Notes under the pieces: model-generated
Told to the model about the DNA's origin: nothing
What the model saw: only the letters and a program-made list of their open reading frames with translations
Database searches by the model: none
Shown: one piece after another, positions 27,243 to 37,978 of the stretch
Numbering within the stretch: the stretch's first letter is position 1
Layout: each line of letters opens with the position of its first letter
Source: Paragordius varius
Lineage: Eukaryota; Animalia; Nematomorpha
Reading direction: 5' to 3'
DNA length: 64,000 nt
Assembly (NCBI GenBank): GCA_964247055.1
Contig: OZ176056.1
Span: 3,472,001 to 3,536,000 of the forward strand
Position numbers and translations under genes: made by a program

Positions 27243-27985
27243 ATGGTTACTCAAATATTTTTCCTAATAATAATTTATTTTTGTATACGTATTGGACGAT
27301 GCCAAATATTGCCTTCTTCGGTTTTAGAAAATAATCCCAATTATCAATCTATCCGTACTCTTAAAGATACGTCAAAAAATTATGTAGACAATCAATTTCA
27401 ATTCCCAGGAGAAAGGAGTAATGTTAAAAAACTCAATTTTGAAGATCAGATAGCATCGATTCAACATTCTTCGGACTTGTACGGTATATATACAGTAAAA
27501 TTTGAAATTAAACGGAAAAACGTAAAAATATAAAAAATATATTCTTAAAAGACAACCATACTTTTTCAAACCTTAATGTTTCCTATATAAGCTATTTAAT
27601 ATTATTGGTGTAATATATAAAAATTATTTTGACATCTCTATAACACACTTTACCATTTCAAAATGAGGTATATTTGGTAAAATCTAGATTTAATTATGTT
27701 TGAAAAATGTTTGTACTTTATATTTTACGTTTTGTTCGTATAATTTCAATTTTACTGTATATATTTTACATTCAAATTTAGTTTAAAAAAAATCATTTTT
27801 TATAAGTTTATTTGTATATGAATTTAAAATTTGATCTTTACTTTTTTATGATTAGTTCTGCCGATTCGAAAAGGCTTATGTTAATTGAACCATTTAAATA
27901 AGTCGTTTCAAATTACATCATGTAAAATCTATATTTTCTTCCTTTAGGTCAAAAATTTTATAAAGTCCCGTTGTCGTTCTCATAA
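27243..27985 (+). CDS. Candidate small secreted protein (about 92 aa), 2 exons
   Basis: Exon 27243-27483 (MVTQIFFLIIIYFCIRIGRC hydrophobic leader ... HSSDLYG) ends at a GTATAT donor. A pyrimidine-rich acceptor (TTTTCTTCCTTTAG) at 27947 gives GQKFYKVPLSFS*. The intron carries a MITE. No family recognised. Confidence 0.45.
27493..27757. mobile_element. Tc1/mariner-type MITE, family CAGTAAAAATTGAAATTATACAGAC
   Basis: TA-CAGTAAAATTTGAAATTAAACGGAAAAACGTAAAA ... TTTTACGTTTTGTTCGTATAATTTCAATTTTACTG-TA. The same TIR motif recurs near 10122, 10728, 11010, 11778, 12040, 13382, 44004, 46227, 47218 and 48410. Confidence 0.9.
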
Positions 27986-28131
27986 TTTTTTAAGGTGCAT
28001 ATTTATAATCCTCAAAACCCATAATCACATTTATTATTTTGAGTAAAATATCTATTTAAAATTAATGTCATAAAAAAGAATTACGCAACTCACCTTCATT
28101 AAAAGACGTATCCAACTTCCATGAGTCCTCC

Positions 28132-28335
28132 ATGGCATCGCGGAAACGTCGTAGGAATCAGTATAGGATTCAGAGAAGCGTGGAACTTATGAATATGGTT
28201 TATGGGAGGATCCCAGCCTTCACTGATGTGTTTGATGAAACAACATTTTATTTGACTGCATTTGGATTTACTTTGTGTACTATCTTTGCCGCATTTATAG
28301 CATCACGTTTTATAACGTTAAAACCAGTGGATTGA
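28132..28335 (+). CDS. Small single-pass membrane protein (67 aa), uncharacterised
   Basis: Single-exon ORF, more GC-rich than its flanks: basic N-terminus, IPAFTDVFDETTFY, hydrophobic helix LTAFGFTLCTIFAAFIA, C-terminal SRFITLKPVD. From memory it resembles a conserved uncharacterised invertebrate microprotein family; not verified by search. Confidence 0.75.
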   Translation: MASRKRRRNQYRIQRSVELMNMVYGRIPAFTDVFDETTFYLTAFGFTLCTIFAAFIASRFITLKPVD

Positions 28336-31010
28336 TTGATTAATTTAATTTAATTTAATTTATCAATATAAATGAAATTTAAAATGGTGCAATATGGGAA
28401 AATTATTTATTATATAATATATTTGATCTATATGACCGATATCTGTGATAGACTAATAAATTTAATTTATTACTTTGCTATTAACTTTAATTGAAGTAAA
28501 GAGGTCGAAAATATATTAATTTTGTATATACTATTTAGATTTAAATATTTTTGGGTTTGACACCAAGAATGACTACAATTATTTTATGTCGCAAACGCAA
28601 ATATTACTAATTTATATTTGGTAATTTGTTTTTTGTTTTTTCAAATTCACAAAGGGGACCAAATTTGTTCAGCGCATTCGTAAAAAATCTAATTTTGAAT
28701 TTAAATGGGCCTGCACACGTTTTCCGACATAGTAATGATTGAAAAACATGATTTTTTTGGGATGCATATTTTTTTTAAAAAAATTTTTAATACACATTTT
28801 TTCGTAAAATTATTTTAAAAGTCAACATTCTATCTTATATATATATATATATATATATATTTCAATTGTAATGCAACTATTCACCACTTCCGCAAAGGTG
28901 TGAATGACGTAAAATTTTTTATGATAGATCCACCGGACAACAAATTATAATTTTTTAAGCGCCATTTCTAAATCTAAAATTTGGATTGCTTAATAAGGAA
29001 AGCAGATAGATAATACGCCCTATCTATAAGTTTTTTATTAATCTTAAGTTAGCATGTCTCCCAAATTCTTATAAAAATAGCGTTCGAAAGAGAAATCTTA
29101 AAACTCTAAGATGTATTATGTGTTTAAAATTGGTATAAGATTAATTTTTTAGAATACGATTGAAAGCAAATTTTTTTTGACGAAATATATATTATTATTG
29201 GTCTTAACATATAATTTAGATATAAATTTAATGAATAAATTTAAATTTTATTTTTAGCAGAATAAAATCATATTTTTGCATATGATATAAAAATAGTTAA
29301 AACCACTGATATTTGATAAAAATTGTCTTGAAAGATGAAAACAATATAAAAGCAATACCTAGGTCATTAAAATATTGAGTCCGTTGATTATTATTTTTAA
29401 ACATCGTTTGCTTGTAATAAAAATTTCTATTTTTATTTAAAAACTAATTGCCACTATGTATCTTATACTAACCATCGTAAAATAATTTGAACATAAATAG
29501 ACACTCTTAAAAAGTAATTGGGCCTGATTTGCAAATAGGTTTTTTAGCCTTTTAAGGAGCATACTTCAAAGAAATTTAAAAAAATGTAAAATTGTTAATG
29601 AATTATTTCAAACCTTTTCGCCGCCATTTTTTCTTTATAAACAAAATGTATATTTTGTTTACTACAAATAAAACTCTTTTCAAATTAGATTTTACCCGCA
29701 AATTTTTAATAGTTATTAATTTTAATATCGGCTATTCGCAATCGTGTTTTGATGCTATTGAAAAACTTATAAACACAGCTTTTTTAGTATACAAGAGATA
29801 AGTGTTCGATATTTATTTTAACCAAAACAACTTTCATACTAGTTTATTTACTATAGGCTATGAAATATAAAACTACCCCCAAATGTTATTGTTTAAATCA
29901 TAAATTAAAAGGTAATGAGAAGTATTATAATATTATTGATTTTATACACAAGCGTTTGTTTTATATTTAAAGAACTCCTTTATTATGATATGTGCAAATC
30001 AACACAAAATATAGAGAAAGTTCTTATTGGCCATTTTGATTTTCAAATGGCTAAAATAATAGCTGTCCTTACTGTTCAAAAAATGACGGGCCGAATAAAA
30101 TATTTTTTGTTTCAAGGGCCACAATATCCTAAAATTGTTGCATAGCTTCATATACGGCACTCTTCGAAAGTTTTTGCGGGATATAACAAATATTTTGCAT
30201 CTTCTGCAAATTAATTAGCAATTTTGACAAATCGAAATCATCATATCAGGCCAAAACGTTATATCCCTATGACTTTTTACATATTTTTTAAATATGCCGC
30301 CTCGTTGCAAGTTGAGACAAAAAATAAGGATGATTTCAGCTATCAATATTTATTTGGATCTTGCTAAAACTCAACATTTATTCTTTGCGATTTCGTTTAA
30401 ATATTTCTTCTAAACTGGAATCATTATGATCGATTAATTCGTTAAGATGCTTAAGATATAAAGACGGAAGCATTAGGTCTAAAGAAATAAGCAGGAAAAA
30501 ATCTCATAAATAATTGTGAACCAAATCAACCGGAATTCGTATTAGTGAAAATAAATAAATATCAGATGCACTTAAAATTTTGATTGATATTTCGAAGCAA
30601 CCAAATAAAAATCGATTCAAGCTATAAAGCACTTTTAGGCCGCTGTTTGAGTATCGCTAGGTTGGAATCTCATTTTCTTTTTCGATTTAGGGTAGGAATG
30701 TTAGAAATTAGAAAATATAAAACCCCAATGGCCGAAAATGTCAAGCATTTCTTAAAGCAAATCATATATTTTAATAAATATCGCATGCATTTGATACATT
30801 TTTTATTCAAATTAAATAAACCATACAACCAATAACATGACTGCCACTATGTAGAGAGAAAGAAGAGTCTACGATTTAAAATTTGCATGTTTTCGAATAA
30901 AAGAAAACACATTTTTTTAAAAAACACGCGAACATACAAAAAAGAAAGCAAGTATATGCGTTTTATTTTCTCATTGAAAAAACCCTTATAATTAATCAAT
31001 TACATCACAA

Positions 31011-34000
31011 ATGGACGTTCTTAAAGTTTTATTTACAGAATCCGAGTGGGCTAAGATAAAAAATTTGGAAGGAGAAAATGCATTTGAATATGGTAAAATA
31101 TAAATGTAATTTTATAGGTTTTGGTAAACCGGCCATATTTAACACAATGTTAGATGATAATCCTGTATTAGTTAAATACAACGTAGCCCGCTTTATGTTG
31201 GAAAATAATCTTTTTTACGATTATAATTATTTTATTCCATATTCATCAGAAGTATTCACTGTCCCCATCATAAAACTAACTACTTTATATGAAATGGCAC
31301 ATATCAAATCTCGAACATCACTTCAAAATCTTCCGCAAATTACTTTATCGTAATAAAATTTACACTTACTAAAACTTTAATATATTGATATTAATCACAG
31401 AAATAATATACGATTGGGTATAAAGTTGATTCTTAAAATTAAGATTTAAACAAAATATAAACGATATAAAATTTAGAGTTTTTTCTAAATTTTTTATTTT
31501 GAAAACGATGTTTTTATTTTTTATTTAGCATGAATGAAATGGGAAAATCTTTAATAGCTAACTCCAATATTAAAGCCGGAACAACAATTTTTGTTGATTA
31601 TCCCCTTTTCCATGCTCCAAATAGTGACAAACGTATTAATTTTTTTACTTTATAAACACCTCATTACAATTCCATTCTTTTGTACTCAGTGACATTTTGG
31701 GGTAGTTTTCCACAGCAGAGCTATAATAGTAAACAAACTACTGTCTTAAAAGTTGTTTTGGTTTAAATTAGTTATCGATACCTCTTAGAATTTTTACGGT
31801 TTTATGACTTCTATAGCCCCAAATTCAGATAAGCCCAAAAGACGATTGAAATGAACAGCTGATCATTTGCTTGAGTTTTATGTCAAATTAGTTATGACGA
31901 GGTTTAAATAGTATTATATCTACAGTATGAGTAAGTATTTATTGCTAGAAAATTATTAATTATTGCCAAATAGCATATGCAGCAAAGAATTGGCTAATAG
32001 TAAAAGTGAAAAAACTAACTATAAGCCAATAATACTGCCCGTTTTTGTAAATGTTATTTGGCAATAATTAATAACTTTGTAGCAATGTATACATACTCAT
32101 ACTGTATTATAAAAAAAATTAATCCTTTTGGTGAATCTTTTGCGCATTCATTATCGCAGAATATAATTTATAGTTCCACTAAATTTGAATATTTTTTCGA
32201 TTTATGCATTTTATTCTCTAATTAAATTTTAATTATTAATATTTGAAACAATGTGTTTTTTTAATATGATCCCAACACTATTTAAATGTATTTTTTAGCC
32301 GTACCACCCAATAATTATTGTGGCAACTGTACAAAATATTTTGCTATGCAAGATTATTTTAGCCGAAGAAATATTTCAAAAGTAATTTTTCCAATTATTT
32401 TTAGGACAATGTTGAATAAAATGGAATGAAATGATTTTAACGATTTAAGACATTTATTGATTCATTAGTACCAAAATAGGGAATTGTTTTTAAGGTTATA
32501 CGAAAATTAATATTTCCATTTTAAAAAAGTCCGGTATAATACCACGTTTATTTAGAATTAAATATTCCAAAAATTTTAAAAATATACCATTTGCACTTTG
32601 AGAGTCACCTTAATACTTCAAGTTGGTCTTTTTTAGGCTGGTCCTTAAACATTTTTATTTCCGATAATATCAATCTAATATTTTACACCTATTATTTATA
32701 TTTCTAAAATTTTGGAATATAATCACTCTTTTTTCATGAAAGAACATTACGATTGTTTTGATATTTATAAGGTTTAACGCGTAATTAAAAAATATATAAT
32801 CTGGTATACACTTTAGTTTCTAATTGTAGTGAAAATAAATAGTTCGAAAGAAAAAGTTGTCACATAAGTTTGTAATAAAAAATATTAGTTTAAAAATACA
32901 TATAAAAATTATGGTTGTGCTTAAACTTAAACAGTTTAAGGACCAACGGAAGTGTTCAAAAACCAAGTTGACGTGTCGAAGAACCAACTTGAAGTGATAA
33001 GAAGACTCTTGAAGTATGAATAGTATAGTTTTATAAATTAACTGTAACCTTGCATTAAGAAATGGTCAAAGTTTTACAAACAGTCCATGGCTTGCGATTG
33101 TCAACAAGAGTTCTACTGTAGTGTGGAATGCAAAATGGTTAGCTGGACATCCTATCATTTAAATGTATGCACCAAAAACCCAAATCATAGCAATCGACCA
33201 GATTTGGAGAGCGCAAAAATAAAATACAGGGAATTGTGTGATATCGCTTCAACTTGCTTTTTCCAACATGATTGGCCATCTAATATTAATTCTCTCCTCT
33301 TTATCAAAATACTTTGCAAAGGTATTAAGGATCTGAGTCTGTTGATGAATGAAAAACTACATAATTCATTGTCTGATCTGAGCTTACTCTTAAACTCCAA
33401 AGTAAAAAGTGATGACTGCGCCAATGACACTAATGAAATAACTATTTTTTAATATTTTTATCAAATAAAAAATTGTTTAAAAATAACATGACACAGAAAA
33501 ATATATATGCAATAAAGGGTTATATCTAGGGTTGTGATTTTGACCCCCTTTTTCAAAAAAAGGGGGTCAGACCTAGGTCTGACCTAGGTCATACCATCCA
33601 ATATTAAATAACTACATACATAAATTGATTTAATCACATAAAAAAGGTTTTTACATAAAGTGTATATTTTTTTAAAATTATACTTTCACCAATCCTGATA
33701 ATTTAAATTTCTACAATTAACGATCTATCCTGGAATCATACATAAAAACTTAGGGAAATTCATATCACATAAAGCTAAAACTAATGAAAAAATATGAATT
33801 TATTTAAGCCTATTTATGCTCTAATTATTTAGATTGTGTAAAAACGAGTCACTGTCCATGAACATAACGTTAACTTAGGATGGTTCAAAGTTTTTTTACA
33901 CTTTAAAATTTTTTATACGATTTATTAGAATATATAATCGTGCTCACTACATTTAAAATTTCAGTAATCTTATTAAATAAATTCTTAGATCAAATTATTT

Positions 34001-37000
34001 ATTATATGACATTGGCATACATGCCATATTATATTAGGATTTTCTTTATTAATTAAATTAGCAGCCTTCATGTTCGCTGCATTATCGGTCACAATGGCAT
34101 TAATTATTTAAATTTCTAATATCTTTTATAATTGGTTCCATTATGTTATAGATATATTCGGCAGTCTACTATGATAAGATGCGTCAATAGTTAATAACAA
34201 TGATTTTTGGGATCCCTGGCCAATAAATAATATTAATTTGCTTCCTACGAATATTGGTAAAGGGATCGACGATTAATAAAATATTATTTTTACATATTCC
34301 AATAACTATTTTTATATCTTCATAACATGAATCTAATAATTTATTGGAAATCTGTTTTCTATTTGGAATAGCATGATTAGGTTTAAACTATTAATGAAAC
34401 TCCGAAAATGTTTATTTTCAACTATGTTTAGAGTTGAGGATGTATAGATAAATTTTGCCAAATGTTTCTAGCTAATTTCTATTGAAAACAGAAATTTTTA
34501 AGATTAAACTTAAGAAATTAAATAATTAGCTTGCTTTTCGACCATCACCTTCTATCATATAATTTATTTCATGATCTTCATTTAGATGTTTCTTCATTCG
34601 GTTTTTATTTAATATATATATAAGGTAATTCCATTTCTTGCATGTAACTTGATTTTTTTTGATCGAAATATTTCCACAAGGCTGATTTTATTATGTAGGA
34701 AGTAAAGAAAAAATGTGTATCATATGATATTTAAAACAAAATAATACATATATAAATAATATAAGGTTTTGTTTTCCTAAAAATTGTAAAATTAAAAAAA
34801 TAAAAAATTAAAAAAAAATAAAAAAATTGACCTAGGTCATTTTTTTCCGTGGTCATGACCATGGTCATGACCTAGGTCATGACCCTAGGTCATTGACTAA
34901 TGGGCACAACCCTAGTTATATCATATAATAATTTAAATTTAGACTGAAAAACCGTTAATTATGGTGAATAGGGTGAATTTGAGGTGTAAATTTTAGTCAC
35001 AATTAAAAATATAATTAATCTACTTTTATATGTGGTTGTTTTCAAAATTATTTATAGGTAACCCTATGTTATCTTTGGTTTCTATAATTTCAATAGTTAG
35101 GGCTCTATTTAACTACATGTCATTTTGTACCAAATTCTTTACAGTGTAACATATGAAAATTTTTTAATTATAATTTTATTAAGATGGTCAGCCTATTAAA
35201 ATTGTCTGGGGCTTAAATTTAGTGCCTTATTCCAAAAAGTGTTTCATACTACATAGGCATATAAATATTAATCACTTTAGTTTCCAAACCGTTTTTGAAA
35301 ATTTCTTGTGTATGGTAGGTAAGTGATTTCACCGGATTACATAAAATCAATCCATCCTTGATTCTTTTTAGAGCTACTTTGGTTCAAGTTTTAACAGTCT
35401 CCTTCTCCGGCTTTTAGCTTTATTCATTTCGATATATGTTTTATATACAATATGGATGAATGTATTGCTAGTTGGTTTTTCATTAACTATTGCCAGATAT
35501 CACATACAGCCAGAGCATTATTATTGATTTAATAATAATTTTTTTCCATATTCTTGTCATTCACCATTGATAATTAATGTTAATTGTTAAATATGCTATC
35601 TGGCAATCATAAGGAAATAGTTGTAATTGATTGTATTAGAACACAACACTCACCCCCTTTTAATGCGATTATTTCTTCATGGGTTTGCATTTCGATTTTT
35701 ATACAAACTTATACGGAATTATATTATATGCCCGGTCATTTCTTCTTATTCTTGACACTATTTGACCTTTTTGAGTTGTTCTTTCCCGAAAATTAATTCT
35801 ACCTACCGTTTGGCGGTTAATATGCAGTTAAATATAAGGCACCCAAAACTTATTTAAGAATGGGTACTTTTCGATGGCAATTGATTCAGGAAAATGCCAG
35901 AAAATTAGCTCAAAATTTGGTCATTATATATATATATATATATATATATTTACTAAATATTAGCACATTTTTTTTTCATTTTTTAGAATAACTTCCATCG
36001 GGCTTCACATTGTAGCAAAAAGAGCCATAGCAAAAGGTGAAAACATAACCACAAGTTATATTGGTTCTCTTGATGGACAAATAAGTTTTAAAATACGCAG
36101 GAGAGTTATATGGGAGACACATAAGTTTACTTGTATGTGCACATTGTGTAAAAGGTATTGATGTTTCGTCATATTGGATGAATATAATTTTTAAGTATTT
36201 TACTAAGACAATTAGCATGTATTCCATAATATATAATATATACCAGGGGTAGTCATAGGGTCATTCGCTTTATCTAAGAGAAGACGCAGTGAAAAGTTTT
36301 TTTTATCTGCCATTAAACGACAAACATCCACAAGATAAGATGTAAAAGTACCTATTTTATTATCATTTAGTGATAATGTTTGTGTCTAAAAAAGCACATT
36401 GGCGGCAAACTTTCGTTTCTTTCATCAAAAAAGGGCTTTTGAAAGTTATCATTTGGCATCTACAAATGATGATATGCTTTATTAATTAATACATGTGAAT
36501 CATGATTTCTAAATGCTAAAAGTCGTGATTTCATGTGAAAAAGTATGGCGGGTATACTACACAACTGCAAAGTGCAAAAAGTTATTGGCAGATGATACAA
36601 CTTAAACTTTGCAACGATGGGAAGCATTAAGTGTATTACAAAAACAATCAATAGATGCCTGCCTATGAGCAATAGGAAAGAAAAATATACTCGCTAAATG
36701 GGCCCACACTATTCGAACGCACATCAAATCAAAAATCGTAAAGGGACTTGCGAAACTCTTGAACGTCACAAAAGCAATTATGTTTGAATCGAATTGTAAC
36801 GGGTTATGGGAAGTGGCTACAATAAATGATTAATTTAAACGATACGACCGGAATTTGCCAGAAGACATGGAAAATTTGATTTGCACCTCACAGCAAAACT
36901 AAATGACACCTTGAAATCGTTTCTATAAGAAATTATATCGCATCTGCTGAATTCCTGACTTAGCGCCATTCAACTATACAAGCCTCTGAGAACAGCACTT

Positions 37001-37978
37001 CAATAATTTTAAAGACGATAGAAAATGGCTTGACCAATGGTTTGCCGCAAAAGTCAATCAGTTCTTCTGCCATGGCATTGTTACATTACTAAAAAATATT
37101 CATGTACAGAAGTCAATTTATAATATTTCGAAAAAATTAATAATTGATATTTTCTTTGAAAATAACATGTTTTATTTTTACCACGATAAAAACCGATGAC
37201 TACACCTGGTACACAACATTGTTCTATACTAAAGATCTAGCTAACACCACGGTGGCAATAATAATTAAAATAGTTTTTTAAAAAATTATTTGTAAGAGTT
37301 TTCACAAGGGGGGGGGGTTCGCATCTAGAAAGTAAAAATTCGCCTAAACTTTTACGCGACCATGTATTCGAATGATCTTGCTAAATTTCAATTTTGTAGT
37401 CATACAAATGCCTATTTTTTTCTTATATATATATATACCATTTACAGTTCAAATTCACCCTTAAACAATTCAAATTCACCCTCGAACAATTCAAATTCAC
37501 CCTCAAATAAATAACATGTTTTTAAGATTAAAAATTACCTATGTTTTAATATATTTTTAAAAAATAAAATTTTGTTTTAAATTAAAATAATACTGAAAAA
37601 AATAATTAATTATGCCATAAAGATATATTTCATATTAATAATGAGTTATATTAGTTCGAGAGCACATAATTTATTTTTAGGGTGAATTTGAATTGTTCGA
37701 GGGTGAATTTGAATTGTTCAAGGGTGAATTTGAACTGTAAATGGTATATTATATTTGATAGAGAGGACAATGTCAAAAAGTGTGAAAATTGTGGATTTAT
37801 TCCTTTTAACTTGAGTAATACCATGTCAGTGATGAATATTATTGGGGACAAAAACAACACCCAATGTAAGAAACTAATGGTGTGTGGTAACTGTGGCAAA
37901 GTTTTTTATTGCAGTCGAAAGTGTCAAACAGAACATTGGAAAAATAGGCATAAACATTTTTGTGTCTCCACAAAATAA
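31011..37978 (+). CDS. SMYD-family SET/MYND protein (SMYD5-like) with an additional C-terminal MYND finger; middle exon(s) unresolved
   Basis: Exons 31011-31092, 31118-31349, 31529-31632 (GKSLIANSNIKAGTTIFVDYP, N-SET), 32299-32381 (CGNC), 33084-about 33401 (CDCQQEFYCSVEC..W..YHLNVC, completing MYND), 35987-36154 (LHIVAKRAIAKGENITTSYI...FTCMCTLC, C-SET/post-SET), 37762-37978 (CENC...CGNCGKVFYCSRKCQTEHWKNRHKHFC). Phases match except across 33401-35987, where the NHSC-bearing exon was not found. Confidence 0.75.
31923..32104. mobile_element. Tc1/mariner-type MITE (hairpin)
   Basis: TA-CAGTATGAGTA...AATTATTAATTATTGCCAAATA ... TATTTGGCAATAATTAATAA...TACTCATACTG-TA. Confidence 0.85.
32585..33025. 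mobile_element. Foldback-like MITE, 21-bp subrepeat family A (older copy)
   Basis: Left TA-TACCATTTGCACTTTGAGAGTC; right GAAGACTCTTGAAGTATGAATAGTA-TA, with GGACCAAC-type subrepeats at 32935-33000. Confidence 0.75.
33527..34914 (-). mobile_element. Internally deleted hAT DNA transposon (BED finger plus N-terminal transposase remnant)
   Basis: 10-bp TIR TAGGGTTGTG / CACAACCCTA; exact 8-bp TSD GTTATATC at 33519-33526 and 34915-34922; subterminal TGACCTAGGTCA palindromes. Minus-strand frameshifted fragments read LWKYF..QVTCKK..RMKKHL..DH (BED-like) and AIPNRKQISNKLLDSCY..LLIVDPFTNIR. Confidence 0.9.
36240..37090 (-). mobile_element. Highly degenerate hAT-like transposase remnant
   Basis: CAGGGG-type end near 36243. 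Minus-strand fragments such as MAEELIDFCGKPLVKPFSI are reminiscent of Charlie/Buster transposases, with many stops. Boundaries approximate. Confidence 0.4.
37436..37746. mobile_element. Foldback-like MITE, 21-bp subrepeat family B
   Basis: TA-TACCATTTACAGTTCAAATTCACCC ... GGGTGAATTTGAACTGTAAATGGTA-TA with three AACAATTCAAATTCACCCTYG-type units per arm. It ends 15 nt before the terminal SMYD exon. Confidence 0.9.

Noticed and set aside
28094-28133. Antisense exon (MEDSWKLDTSFNE, GTGAGT donor) sharing the CATG with the membrane-protein start
   Set aside because: It gives only a 33-aa product with no recognisable features, and such donors are expected by chance in this much sequence.
32382-32404. 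Possible 23-nt GT..AG intron in the SMYD gene
   Set aside because: All three frames downstream hit stops within 8 codons, whereas splicing to 33084 completes the MYND finger.
37682-37761. N-terminus MNLNCSRVNLNC of the 98-aa MYND ORF
   Set aside because: It is derived from the MITE arm; the real exon begins at the AG acceptor before 37762.
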